Both the position numbers and the translations under genes were made by a program. A DNA stretch of 64,000 bases from Tubiluchus corallicola (taxonomy: Eukaryota > Animalia > Priapulida), in assembly GCA_030141605.1 (NCBI GenBank), contig JAQGDQ010000554.1, forward strand, positions 62,001-126,000, in the 5' to 3' direction. Below are positions 38,782 through 51,680 of the stretch, in pieces (positions within the stretch are counted from its first letter, which is position 1; each line of letters begins with the position of its first letter). The notes beneath the pieces are model-generated. The model did not search any database. It was not told where the DNA came from and saw nothing but the letters and a program-made list of their open reading frames with translations.

Positions 38782-39317
38782 GTATGCATCTTTATGGTGA
38801 GGGCTTTGTGGCACGTAAAGTCCTGTGTTTGTTTAGTAAACTTCTTTAATGCTTTAAGTGACAGAGCTCGTGATAATAATGAAGCAAAATATTTATTTCT
38901 CGTGCACTACTTTAATAATGTATTTTAGATTATTTAGACGTTGCACCAGTAGGTTCTATTAGAATGCTGACTTGAACATAGCAATGGCTGCCTTTTTTAT
39001 GAAACATGGTCTTTCCCGTTTATATTGAGTCTACTTTATTTGCCATATATTTCAGTTAGTATATTTACAAACTTTTATTTGGTTGTGTCAACTCTTCAAA
39101 TGAGGCTGCTATCATCATCTTGCCTAAATATATGCAGGGCCAACAAATTTGGAGTCGTTTTTTATTTTCTAAAGAATATTTTGTTAACAATAATAATAAA
39201 AGCAAATGACTCAACGGAAAAAGTGTGCTTCTTGTGGTTTTGCATTTTGGCTCCTGCTTCACAATTGACCTTTGAGTTAAGATTTAGAAACATTTTTATA
39301 CCGCCATTTGTGTTCAG

Positions 39318-39407
39318 AGGCTAAAAAAATTGTCACTTTTTCTCGCAAACACGGATTTAAAGATGAAGATGCTAAACCTAGGAAGTCGTCCAATGTCACC
39401 TGGTCTG
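39318..39407 (+). CDS. SARM1: Candidate SARM1 cassette exon B (90 nt, EAKKIVTFSRKHGFKDEDAKPRKSSNVTWS)
   Basis: tttgtgttcag acceptor, CTG|gtgaga donor, phase 1-1, open frame. Confidence 0.55.
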
Positions 39408-40889
39408 GTGAGAGTTTATGTGATTATTTATTTGTGCTTTCACGAAACTGTTCCTGCTTTGCAGTGTTGCTTTTTTTCGTGTCTTGTTACCAGCGGCTCG
39501 ATTTTCTGTTCATCGAAAGCCTTTCTATTGCGACTTTTGTCTGTCTGTCAGTCTACATCTTTAACATTTTCAATTCTCTGCCTTTTCATATATCTTTCTG
39601 TATGATCTATTCTGTAGATAATTCAATAAGTTTTCTGCAAGCATGTTGAGTGGCTTTCCCATAACTTTCTGCAGTGTTTTGTGGTTTGGAGTGCTTACGT
39701 CAAATGCTTACCTGCAAAGTTTGCTAAAATTGTTTAACATCTGATGTCGTCTATATTTGAATTGTATGGCAGTGATGTACACCACTGAAATTAGGAGAAA
39801 TATATGTAAGCCATGGCCCATGTATTAAATATTGTTTGGTTTATGCTTTATATAAATTTAGGTAATCCTACTACTCTTGTCATTTGCACAACTATATAAC
39901 TGCAACAAAAGCTTGACATTGATTGGCTTTTTGAAAGAGATTTCTCAAATTGTCTATATGTCACATAGCGGTCATACGCAAATGCACTCGCATAATGCAT
40001 GTATGTACGTGCTAGTACACAGATAAGTGTTAGCACTGCTTTAACCAAGCCTTTACTCTGTTGACTTGGTCATCAATAACTTACTTACAAGAAAGAATTG
40101 AAAATGTGCCACTTGTCAAGTCTATTCCCTTGTTGAGGTAATGATGCTAGTTTCTGGTTATGCTGCTTTCGTTGCAAAACTTTTGAAGCTTCAAGCAAGT
40201 TACTGTTATGAAGAAATTTGAAGTCTTGATATCGTGATTGGGTTTTAGGATTCATACATCTTGATTGTTTCCCCGCTTGGCCAAGTTGTAACCTTGCTTT
40301 CAATGGCTACAGTTCACATCTCGTCAATTTTTTCATTGCTTTCGCTAGTTACGTTTCTTCTTCTCTGTCATGGATGAAGTGAATTAGGCATCCTTGTCTG
40401 CAGATGTGCAATATTTGTACAGTATTTATACGCATGTGTAACGTGCTAATGTGATTGCTTACAGTATTACTGTATGTGACAGCTTTGCTAGCTCTCTTGA
40501 GGCACAACATTAGTTCTAAAGTAATGGGTAAGTCTTAACCTTCATTATTTGTATGACATAAGCAGTGAGGAATATAAAATGAGTACATTACTATAAAACT
40601 TTTGTGTAGTTTTTGGAAAACACCAGCATTTGTGATGAAACAACACTTTTTTATAAGGTGTTGCTTGCCCTACATAGCTTCTTAATACAGATCATTGTTG
40701 ACTGAAGGTACAGTATGCTCGAATCTCAGTATTCAGTATTTTGGCAATTATGCTGAACAACACATAAACAGGTATGTATTAAAGACAATTTGCAGTAACT
40801 GTACTATACTACAGTTACTGTAGCACTTCATACTGTAGTGTAGTGCTTCAGTATGACCCAATACGCATACATGTACTTCTATTTTGAAG

Positions 40890-40961
40890 GAGATAGTCAA
40901 GTGGATGCGTCCGAACCTCAGGTTCCAGGAAGTGCGATGCCTACGCTCACCCCCGGGATGG
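40890..40961 (+). CDS. SARM1: Candidate SARM1 cassette exon C (72 nt, GDSQVDASEPQVPGSAMPTLTPGM)
   Basis: GC-rich island in an AT-rich intron; cttctattttgaag acceptor, weak G|gtccgc donor, phase 1-1, open frame. Confidence 0.5.
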
Positions 40962-42825
40962 GTCCGCTGTTCTTTGATTTCAGCAGCATTAATGCCATTA
41001 ACAGAAGCACAAGTATTGTTAAATTACATCATTTGCTTTTGCATCCGATTTCAATTGCAAAAGCTTTTGCGTGTCAATTTGATATCATTTTTGAATTGAT
41101 CTTTCTGGCTGTTTTAGTAAAATGTTGCTGCACTGCGGCTTTTATTCTCGCTTAGCAAATATCCAGAAAAGCAAATTGAAAGAGTTAAAGAGAGGGAGAG
41201 AGTAATCGAGCTTGTGCCCATTCATAGCTTCCTAATTTCGAATCCAATGCCGCTATTGCATGCTTTGCAGTCTTAAAATGAAATCATTTGTATTACAGCA
41301 AAGTCATAATCTTATAATGGAGGCAGACATTGACTATGACGAGTCTGATTAAGTGAGATTTGTTGTTTTAAGTTAAATTTTTGCTTGTGCTTTATATGTT
41401 ACTGTTCATTCTAATTACTTGCATGTTGTTATGAATTAATTTTTGCACAATTTATTGTCCATTTTGCCTTATTATCTGCTAAACTAAAATCTACATGCAC
41501 ACAAAGTTGTGAGTTAATAAGTTCTGACGGAGAGAGAACTGTAGCTCAGCATGCACCCTGGGCACCACATTTAAATTTTTTTCAATTCATATGCACTCTT
41601 TATCGTATCTTTTGATGCTGGAAGTCAATGATTTTGTTAAAAGTAACAGTGTATTTAAACTGTATTTACTATAAGCAACTTTTTTAGAGACTTTGTTTGG
41701 AATAAAATTTTTACTTGTTTATGTACAGTATTATTCGTCAAATACAAAATATAATTTCCTTTAAGAATCTGCTCTTGCAGTTTTTCATAAGTACATAAAT
41801 ACATTTTTGCATAATGCAGAAATTAGTTAACAAATTTTGACAATCTCTCTCAACTATTTTTGTATCTCTATCTTTCAGTCATTTGTGCTAAATTTATGGA
41901 CATTATTTTTTGTCCAGTTTGTCGGGAAAGTCCTGCCAATTACATATCAAGTTTTTAGTGTCTTCAGTCAATTTTAGTGGCAAGTCCACTCACACAGCTC
42001 AAGTTTTGATACACTGTGCATTTGTGCTTGGTATTTGAAACAAAACATTACTGAATGCGTATTTATTATAAATTTTGGCTGATATGTATTTTACAGTTGC
42101 TTTGCAGAAAATTTTGCTGCTTGTTTCATGGAAATGCATGTATGGAAATAGGCTATATTTCATTAATAATATTACTTCTGCATTGATGTTAGGAAATTGT
42201 GTAGAATATTGATTAGTTTCCATTTAATGTTTCCGGTTTTGTCGTTTTCTCGAGATTAAATTAATTAAATTCAACTGATGTACTTAGCAGCTTAAATATT
42301 ACGAGTATTTTATTATTTTAACTAATTTCTAAATTAATGAAAGAGCATCAGCTTAAAGAGCAAAGATTATTTTATTATTTGGGCAAAGAGAAGATACTGT
42401 TAGCTTTAGTATTTTAAGATTATTTTCTTCTAGTAGAGGATTAAATGTTCCATTTAACCTGTTTTAAGGTTGCAAAGACTAAATTTTGTCATGGTACATT
42501 CTCTAGTTTGGACTTAAACCTTCTTTTATTCAAACAATTTTGTAATTTGTGCTGACGTACATTATTGGTGATGCAAAAGCAGTGTTGAAGTTTTAATGTT
42601 TCCTAAGTTTGTGTTATTGCCTTTTTGTAATAATGCTTGTAACATTTTATCACAAAAATTTCTGTCCAGATATACTATTAAGTAATACAAGTGGGTTTAG
42701 TGTTAGTTTGTTTATTTTTGTATATTGTTTATTTTTGTATAATTAATATAAGTTTATATTCATCACCTCATTTTAAATCATCATTTGCTGCGGCAGAATC
42801 TTTTAACTGATTTGATTTGTCGCAG

Positions 42826-42931
42826 TGGGTATGACACCATTGTCGTCACCATGGCCACCATCCATAGAAGCTGCAAGACCGTTGGATGTTTTTATCAGTT
42901 ACAGACGATCGTCAGGCTCTCAACTTGCAAG
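42826..42931 (+). CDS. SARM1: SARM1 exon: linker and start of TIR
   Basis: VGMTPLSSPWPPSIEAARPLDVFISYRRSSGSQLAS; cgcag/gtttat, phase 1-2. Confidence 0.95.
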
Positions 42932-43794
42932 GTTTATATTTACTTATTGAAACAGTTAGAACAGTTTTGAATAATGTCCTGTAAACGGAAAATAAGTTGT
43001 GAGTCAATTTAACTTCTACCACTGCTAACTGACCTTCTAGAAAAGTGATGTCATTTAATCACTGGAACTCATTATTTTACTTCATTATATCAGGTACCTG
43101 CTCATACAGAGCAAAATTTATACTTCCACCCCTATAAAAGGAAAACAAATTTTTACAGGTGGAGTGTATTAACGCTGACTTCAGTATAAAAAACAGTGAC
43201 AGTGGCAGCTAGGCGGGGTCTTATATAAGATGTTTAAAGTGAACAAGCTAAAAAATTCTTTGACGAGACATAGTCTATACTATGCTGTATCAGGTTAGCA
43301 TAGCATACGACCTGGATTTGTCTATTGAGTTGGGAAATTATTATATCTATTAGCACATTGCAGAAAATCGGATGAAGATCGGGCTACTGTTGTGAACTAT
43401 GGGGTGGGGAATAACTGAGTGGTTGTGATGTGCACTTAGCAAGTTAAATAAACTACACTGATCCTGGTCATTAAATGATAGGGTGTCCACATAGAAAGCT
43501 ACTTCTAATCGGTTTCTTCTGCCGTGTTGCTTTGGCAATTTACCTTGTTGCAGGAGGATGTAAATACACATTTCAAAATAGGCTTCCTTTATTCTGCTTA
43601 ATTTAAGCCACATACTTAAAAAATCACAAACTAAACTGTCAAACGTAGACCAAATGCTGGGCAACCAGAGTAAACCAAGTCAAAACTCGACGGGGTCCAT
43701 TTTCTGTAAATTTTTTGTTTTAAGTAGTTAAGTAACATTTTGTTGGTCAAAGTGCAATATGAAATTTAGCTAAACTTTCTTATTTTTATTGTAG

Positions 43795-43984
43795 TCTGTT
43801 GAAAGTTCACCTGCAGTTGCGAGGTTTTCGAGTTTTCATCGATGTTGAGCGTTTGGAAGCTGGTAAATTTGACATGAACTTGCTGACGAGCATAAAGAGC
43901 TCTAAGAACTTTGTACTAGTGCTGACACATAGGGCTCTGGATAGGTGTATTCAAGATCACGATTGTAAAGATTGGGTGCACAAG
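43795..43984 (+). CDS. SARM1: SARM1 exon: TIR
   Basis: [26 protein letters not shown]...NFVLVLT...DCKDWVHK; gtag/gtaaac, phase 2-0. Confidence 0.97.
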
Positions 43985-44808
43985 GTAAACAGAAACTTTT
44001 TAAATGTTATGCTGCTTCCACCCAGTTATACATGTCGTGCTACTGATGGAGGTATTAGAGTTGGTGGATTGGCAACTGCTTAGTCGTGACTTCTGCATAT
44101 TTTACTGTAAAGATATAAGTTTTTTTTGTGTATAACTGTCATACTGATCAGAAAGGAAATGCACATTACATCTTAGTGAATGAAAAATTGAGGATTATTT
44201 TCTATAGTACCAAATTATTGATAGATTTGCTGATGTCATTGGCATTGCTAATAGCTAAACTAAATATCAGCAATAATGTAGCAATGGTTTTACAACAAAG
44301 TGTATGGTGGCACTTTTAGCCAAGATTATTCGAGTTAAAGAAGTAACGCATAGTTATTTTAAACCTGTGCTTAGTCATTTTTAATGCAGTTAAGTTGATA
44401 AACACGTGATTTATCAGGGCCGCAGTCAACAGTTGAAAAGAATTGTGAGGAATAAGTTCAAATATCAATGTACACATGATGATTCCATGGATTTTTTTAT
44501 GAGGAAACTTGAACTTATTAAGTCGAATGAATTTCAAGTTCAAAATTGTTGAAACTAGATGGCGTTTGTAATAGCTGTAGTTATTTATACTGGTGACATG
44601 GCAATTGATACTTTATGCTTCATTCTAACAATTTTGTTTTGGTAACTTCTGGATGTAATTTTATTAAATTATAAATTAATGACCCTAATTCAGTTTGTTG
44701 AAGAAACAACGTGTGACATTTCAAAGTGTAGTACAGGAGTAAAAAGAATTTGGTTTATGTTGAGTCTGAGTCCATAACATCATATTTTACACATTTTTTT
44801 CTGTGTAG

Positions 44809-44930
44809 GAAGTGCGTACAGCTCTAGAATGTGACTGTAGCATAATTCCAGTCCTGGACGGCTTTGAATGGCCCGAGGCAGATGCTCTGCCAGAAGACAT
44901 GAGAGCAGTGTGCTACTTTAACGGGATACG
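44809..44930 (+). CDS. SARM1: SARM1 exon: TIR, beginning with the catalytic Glu (equivalent to human E642)
   Basis: [41 protein letters not shown]; gtgtag/gtaatt, phase 0-2. Confidence 0.97.
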
Positions 44931-46344
44931 GTAATTATGACGCATTAGAGAGTTTCTCCTACAATTGTAAAATACTTTGGCGACTGTGGCAACTGCATTG
45001 ACGTCGCGTCATGTGTATCTCATGTCGCGATGATCATAGACCAGAATTATCTACACTGTACAGTTTTACAATGATAAGCTGACACTAGAACTTTTACAGT
45101 CAGTATTTACGGGATTTGTAGTATTTCGAGCTAGGTGGACTTTAATTTGTATCAGTCTGTTTTTTTACCTTGTTCTCTACTGTCAAAGGTATTTCATCAA
45201 AAATACATCAGTAGAGTCATGGGTGTAGCAAAATGCACTTTTGCGTTGTAGGATGATTCTGACTGACTCTGGTGATATTGTTTCCGATTCAGAATTCTTC
45301 ACTGTTTGACTGAAACTACATGCAGAACTCAGCACAGCTTATTTATTTTGCAGGAAAGTTAGAACATCTTGTACAGGTCTAAAGATACGAGGCTAAAGTT
45401 CATATTTTATGTTGACTATTTATCTCGGACTGTCATTGTTGGTACTAGCTGTACTAACATAAAATGTTTGTGAATTAAGCAAATCTTTGGACTGTCAAGT
45501 AATTGTTTACACACTATACTTATGTTTCAGATGTAGATTTTGACCAATAGGTATAATTTTGTCACCCTTTAAGCTGGAATGTGTGGAATGTGTGTCCAAA
45601 GTTCTGCAAGTTTGTTTGTTTTTGCTATAGTAAGAGAATATTGTAACATCCAGAAATAGTTGCAGTTTGTCATTCGACATCTTTTGAAGTTACTGTCAGT
45701 ATTATTTATTCTGCACAATTATACTTGGCTACAAAACTGTGGGGTTTTTAAAAGAAAAGATAATACAATATCATGCAGCAGTGAGCCTCCATCTTCAACC
45801 AGTAATCTGATAAAATTAGAATGTCCTAGACTTAAAAATATTTTTTAGTGTAGCTTGACTTTGGCCCTATTGGTTTCAATTTCTGATGAATGACAACAAA
45901 AAATTACTTCTATCAAAATAATATTTGCAAAGCCCAAAAATATGACTATAAGGAAACAAATGTAACTGACTGGTTTATCAGTTGAGCAATCTTGGCCTTG
46001 ATATAAATACTTTGTGATTACAGCCAATTTTAGTTAAAATAGTCAGTCAAAACAAACATTCCGTCTCAGAACTGGTCCTCTCTACTTGTTCATTAAAATT
46101 ACTACTTTGCAGTCCTGGTCCAGCTAGAAGCTTAGAAACAAATTTTAACTTGAGCCAGGCAAACATAACGCTTACAGCCATGATAACTCTTGCTTAATTA
46201 AAGCATTACTGATTAGTGTGTCTAAGAAACTAAAGCTATTCTCAAATCTGTCATTCTTCAGTTGACTTAACTCTTCGTAATGCTATTGGTCTTAATTTTC
46301 ATTTAATTTGAAGAACAAAAAGTGAATTGGTATGTTCTTTTTAG

Positions 46345-46627
46345 GTGGATACATGACTATCAAGAAGCCTGCGTGGACAAACTCGAACGATTTCTGAAAG
46401 GAGAACTCAATCCTAAAACTGATCTACAAATCAGTAACAGACACATGAATATTCACGGGGCTCCAACAGCTGCTCTTCCGGAACCGTCACGTGGGAGCAC
46501 AAATAGTAGTGCCAGCAACGAAGGCAGTGCTGTGCCGATGCCCTGGATATCGCTTCCCAATGACGAACGGGATGATGTGGATGAGAAAAACACGGAGAAA
46601 ACTTCGAAAGTCAACGGAGCATTATAG
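46345..46627 (+). CDS. SARM1: SARM1 terminal coding exon
   Basis: WIHDYQEACVDKLERFLKG followed by a low-complexity tail to TAG; ctttttag acceptor, phase 2. Confidence 0.95.
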
Positions 46628-49600
46628 CAGTTACTTAAGTTGTTTTTTGGTTGTGTTAAGCGCTTTTAGGCCTACCTAAAATGTGTTAAACATAGTGCTT
46701 ATAATTGCTCAATAAATAATAGTCATTTAGGCACAGAATCGTTGCCGCCTAGAAAAAGATTGTTTTTAAAAAAATTTTCTATGTTTAGTTAAATTAATGG
46801 TAATCAATTTTGTGTATTAGTGATACAGCCTTACGGCATTATCCCTGGACTATGCCCTAAATGAAATTATTATTATTATAAAGCATTAGTTGCTCTGATA
46901 ATATGCCACTGTATCTATTTATATCTATATGTAATTATTCTGTAGTTTAGCAGTGTTATTTATAAACTGTAAACTGTTTGTGTGCTGGTTAGTATAGTAA
47001 TTGTTTATACTGAGTGTTATAGCAGCTACTCAAGTTGATCCATAAATGTTGTAATGGCTTTTATACTAAAATGTGATCCTGTTTATTTTATGTGGGTGTG
47101 GTGTATGCTTGAAAATGTGATTACTTTGTAGTTTTATATTATTACCGAAACCATTGGAAGGAATAGTTTCCTGTCACAGACAATTCCGTAGAATTGTCTC
47201 GCATTGGTTGGTAGTTTTGGTTGCAATGCAAAATGTATTTTGTATTAAAGTGTCATCATTAGAGCTATTGCTGTATTCTTAATGTAACCTCTCGTAGTTT
47301 AATAAATCTATTTAGGATTTGGTACTTTTCAGCCCCATCCTAACATCAACAAGCTATTCTTGTAGCACAAAATGTCAAACAATAGTCTTTACTTAGGTGC
47401 CTGATTGCTTGTTCGAGGCATACGTCCGTGTCTGACACAGAGACTAAGCTTCATTTCAGTCGAATTAGTTTTATGAATTATGTGCATTTCAAATGCGTAC
47501 TTGTATTAGAACAAGACCAGTAATCAATAGTAGTGTCTATTTACCATGTGTATTCAGGTATTGATGATTTCAAGTATATCCTGAGAAAGTGAATGTTATA
47601 CAGCACTGCTTTTGACATCATGCTCTGAAAGTTGAGATTATTTACTAATTTTTCCTTGACCAGATTGACCTATTGAGATTACTTCATAATTTTATCAATG
47701 AGTAGCTTTTTTCACTCGGTAGTTAGATACTTTTTTATTTCATTGTTTATTGCAAAAGCGGTCACAGTCGATTTCTGATATTAGTGTAAGATTGAAGCAA
47801 ACAACTACTTGACGAAGTTTCGCATGAGTAGATTTACGGTGGAGAAAAACTTTAATCAGCTAAACAAAATGTATTCTTATAGGTAGCTATTGGCAGGATG
47901 CGTAGCCATTAGCGAGGATTTGTGTACGTTGACATACGAGTTTTGAAAAGTAAAGAGTGTATGTATGTGTGGTGTCTGTCATTCTATTGCACTTTGTATA
48001 CTGGTACAATCGCAGCTGGACTGCTGGCAACTTTGAGTAATCATGTTTATGTATTTCAGTTTTCAGTGTAAGTCCTATAAATAATGTAACTGTTATTATT
48101 AATATTATGTACTGTAAATGTTATGCTAGACACTAATCTTTGAACAATGCTGTGAACAGGCTGGAATATATTAATTTGAACAAAGTACCTTTTAGTGTAA
48201 ACTGAGAAAACATTGTATTGGTTTGAAAGGGAAGGTCGGACAAAACTGCCACGAAACTGATGTTTATGTAATAAATATAACTTACAATTTTATGTGTTGC
48301 ATGCAAAATTCATTATAAGAGTATCTAATTTGAAAACTTACAAATCTCAAAGACCAGATGTGAATACTGTAACACGGTGAATTTTAATAAATCAAGGGGA
48401 ATTAGTGTCGCAAAGGGCATTCTCTTACAGTATAAGGAGATTAAAATTACTAAGACTTTTCTATCTCCTAACAGAAATCATCGTATAGATTAGATTTGTG
48501 TTAGTAGATGAATTTGCAGTGTCTTTGATATATACATTTTCAATTCACCAATTTTCCTGTTCAGTCAAAAGCAAAAATTATTAGTTCACCATCTGATTAC
48601 TCTACTGACTGAAACTCTAGCTGTAAATTATTTGTTTGAACATTAAAATTAAATTACTTTGCTGCTGTTATTCATATCAAGCCATTAATTATTAATAATG
48701 TTGTTTTTCAGTGCCGTCCTGTTTTGAAATTATTGTTGACCTAAATTTATGTTGTGGTTTTTTGTGTTAATTGCGCTTGATTTTCTTAGAGCAATGCTTA
48801 AATATACAATAATGAATTATACTGTTTACTAAACTGGCATTTATTTTCTTTTTGTCATCGATGTATTTATTATGCATATAAAATTGACTATTGAGTTATT
48901 TGTTACATGTCAATTTTAAATTTTATTACTTTGGTAACAAATACTAGAAAAAAAATTATTGAAGATAAACTAGGCCATCAAATATGAAAAAATAACATAG
49001 TCATTATAAACTAGAACATTAAAAACTAAAATATGAAGAAAACAGATGAATTAAGAATACAATAGCACAGGTGATAAGAATAGTAACAACAACAAAAAAC
49101 TCCCACAAATAAGGACACAACATTTCAAACTACCACTGTAGTTCTTTTTCAGGTGAACAAAGAAAGGACGAAAAGAAAAAATCAAGGAATTACCAGAACT
49201 GCTGAACTAATTTTTTGGGGAGGGAAGATTTTATACTTCAGATCTATGTTCTTTCTGAATGTTTGCATCCTTTTTAGTGTGATATCTTTTCTATGTGTTA
49301 ATAATACAACAAAACTTAGTCCAATAGTTTTACTAATCCCTTGTGATTTTTCTCTTTTTTGTCCTTTCTTTATTCACTTGAACTAAAGAGATCATTTTAA
49401 ACATTGTACCCCTTCTTATTTTGTGAATTATGATAATTTTTTTATGAATTAGGTTACAAAAATAAGAATAATTGAAACATGACTAACGATGACTATTATA
49501 TGACTCATAAGAATAAAATAAGACTATTAGGAATAATTAAAATATAAACGTAGTACCCGTAATACAATGTAACACCCGTGAGTCTCAGTATTATGCTTGA

Positions 49601-50269
49601 TTTATATCACCTGGAAAAACAGTACAATATAATATAATTATATTTGGCGAACCTGCTGGGGACTTAGAAAATGGTCTCTATAACCGAGGTAGTCTATAAG
49701 CATATGTGACTAATCATGTGCATGTGACTATTACATAGATGGACAAACATGTATCAAGAATAAGTATACAAAGTGCGGATGTATCACTTGATGAAACATG
49801 CAGTACGTTTTCTGCATACTACGTAAAACAGCTGGCTGACAAGCCGCTGATCACGTGACTCATTGTTTTTATATACAGTAGTAAACAAGATGATCTTTCA
49901 ACACAACATATTAACTACTCTGCATCCTGTATACTCAACAACTTTGTTGCTGTACCAGGAATGTCCGGGTAAGTTTAACAGTAAATTAATTTGCAAACAG
50001 CAGGAAAATGCAAAGTACACACTAAAAACTTACAAATATAGTGCAGTGCCAACAATGGGGCTAGCCAAAAAGTCTGCAATACCCAATAACCAAGTTCACT
50101 GTATTCAAAGCTATTGTAGTTAAATAAAAGCTGAAAGTTTGTTCATTTTTTGAGTTCGCATTACCCGTATGTATGCTATAAACCATGTTCGCTATAATGG
50201 TGTCATACTGTACATGTGCATTTTTCAATTAATAGGTTGATGTACTTTAATTTTATATCTCCATCTTCA

Positions 50270-51586
50270 CTAGTATGAGACTGGTAAGGCAACGCCCATT
50301 TCTTCACACACGTTTTCTATGCATTCTAACAACTGATTCATGTCTTCGGGATATATACTTCCAATGCTTCCAATCCGAAAACAGTTTTGCTTTGTAACTT
50401 TGCCTGGATAAATCACCTGACCTCGCTGACTCAGTTTAGTGTAGAACTCCTCGAAGTTGAAGTTTGGGTCATTTGGAAAGTGGTAGGATGTAATGATGTA
50501 GCCAGAGTGCGTGTCATCCAGTAGTTCACGGAATCCAAGTTCACTCATACCAGCTCGGAGTATTCGACGGTTTTTTTTATATCGTTTTGTTCGTCCTTCT
50601 ATGCCTCCTTCCAACTCCAGTTCCAGCAATGCTTGCTTGAAGGCAAGCATAGAATGCGTAGGTGGTGTAAAACGAAACTGACCATTTTGCTCCAGGCCCT
50701 CATATTGTGCAACCAAATCGAATGACAAGCTCCGACTCCACCCTTTGCAAGCTAATAATTTTTCCTTGTTGGCAATAACAAAGGAAAATCCTGGGACTCC
50801 TTCCATACACTTGTTAGCAGAACTAACCATGTACTCTATGCCAACTGCCGCTATGTCGAGAGGAACGGCTCCAAAACTGCTCATAGCATCGACAAAGTAG
50901 GAAGCTGTTGTGTATTCGTGAACAAGTTTCCCGACATCTTCTACTGGATTAATCACTCCAGTACTAGTTTCACAGTGTACAATAACCACGTTAGTGATAT
51001 CTGAGTGATTCTTTAAATAATCAGCAACCTTTAATACATCGATTTTAGTAGCTTCCGAAAAACTTATCACGTTGTGCTCAAGTTCTAATGCTGCACATAT
51101 ATTAGCCAATCTCTTCCCATAGGCTCCGTTTTCTAACACTAAAACTTTTCCCGATTTTCTTGGAACCGTTGTAGAGAACACTGCTTCTAACATAAATGTG
51201 CCACAACCTTGCAGTGGGATTGTTGTAAACATTTCATGTGATACTCCAGCAATATCTAAAATTTGGCTACGTATAAACTTCACAGTATCTACAAAAGTGA
51301 CATCCCTGGATCCGTAATCTACAAGCATTGCTTCCTTTACTGTCCTGCTAGTACTAAGTGGGCCTGGTGTAAACAAGTTCTTTTGAATGATCTTACCAGT
51401 GTCAAGATTTTCTACATGAGCTAAACTAGGCTCGTTTAAAAAGATTTGTCGCGACGTGGAGAAAGGCATGGGACCCACAGTCGCATTCAGATGTTGTCCA
51501 TGCTGAAAAAATCGGAACTTTCCAGGAGGCAACAAGAAAGACTTGCACTTTGCATGCAGTCTCAGAACAATACTCCTGCAAGCCAT
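50270..51586 (-). CDS. phnW: 2-aminoethylphosphonate-pyruvate transaminase (PhnW/AEPT-like, class V PLP aminotransferase) with N-terminal extension; intronless CDS, 438 aa from the ATG at 51586
   Basis: LFTPGPLSTS..VKEAML.DYGSRD, PLQGCGT, NGAYGKR, VHCETSTG, VDAMSSFG, SSANKCMEGVPG (PLP Lys), SRSLSFDL, QFRFTPPTH, IYPGK, FRIGSIG. The ORF-track start at 51670 is a GTG inside a probable intron. Confidence 0.93.
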   Translation of the reverse strand: MACRSIVLRLHAKCKSFLLPPGKFRFFQHGQHLNATVGPMPFSTSRQIFLNEPSLAHVENLDTGKIIQKNLFTPGPLSTSRTVKEAMLVDYGSRDVTFVDTVKFIRSQILDIAGVSHEMFTTIPLQGCGTFMLEAVFSTTVPRKSGKVLVLENGAYGKRLANICAALELEHNVISFSEATKIDVLKVADYLKNHSDITNVVIVHCETSTGVINPVEDVGKLVHEYTTASYFVDAMSSFGAVPLDIAAVGIEYMVSSANKCMEGVPGFSFVIANKEKLLACKGWSRSLSFDLVAQYEGLEQNGQFRFTPPTHSMLAFKQALLELELEGGIEGRTKRYKKNRRILRAGMSELGFRELLDDTHSGYIITSYHFPNDPNFNFEEFYTKLSQRGQVIYPGKVTKQNCFRIGSIGSIYPEDMNQLLECIENVCEEMGVALPVSY

Positions 51587-51591
51587 ATCAC

Positions 51592-51680
51592 CTGAAGCGA
51601 AGGTTTGTGCAATAATTTTCACACGGCACTTTACAAGACTAATATTGACATTTTTATACGGGATCTCCACATTTTCTTAC
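51592..51680 (-). other. Probable 89-nt 5'UTR intron of the PhnW-like gene
   Basis: Minus strand reads gtaaga...ccttcgcttcag|gtgatATG. Confidence 0.55.

Noticed and set aside
50270-51670. Bacterial contamination, or a start at 51670, for the phnW-like ORF
   Set aside because: It is embedded among animal genes with host-like composition, has a targeting-type extension and a spliceosomal acceptor, and there is no operon; 51670 is a GTG inside the probable intron
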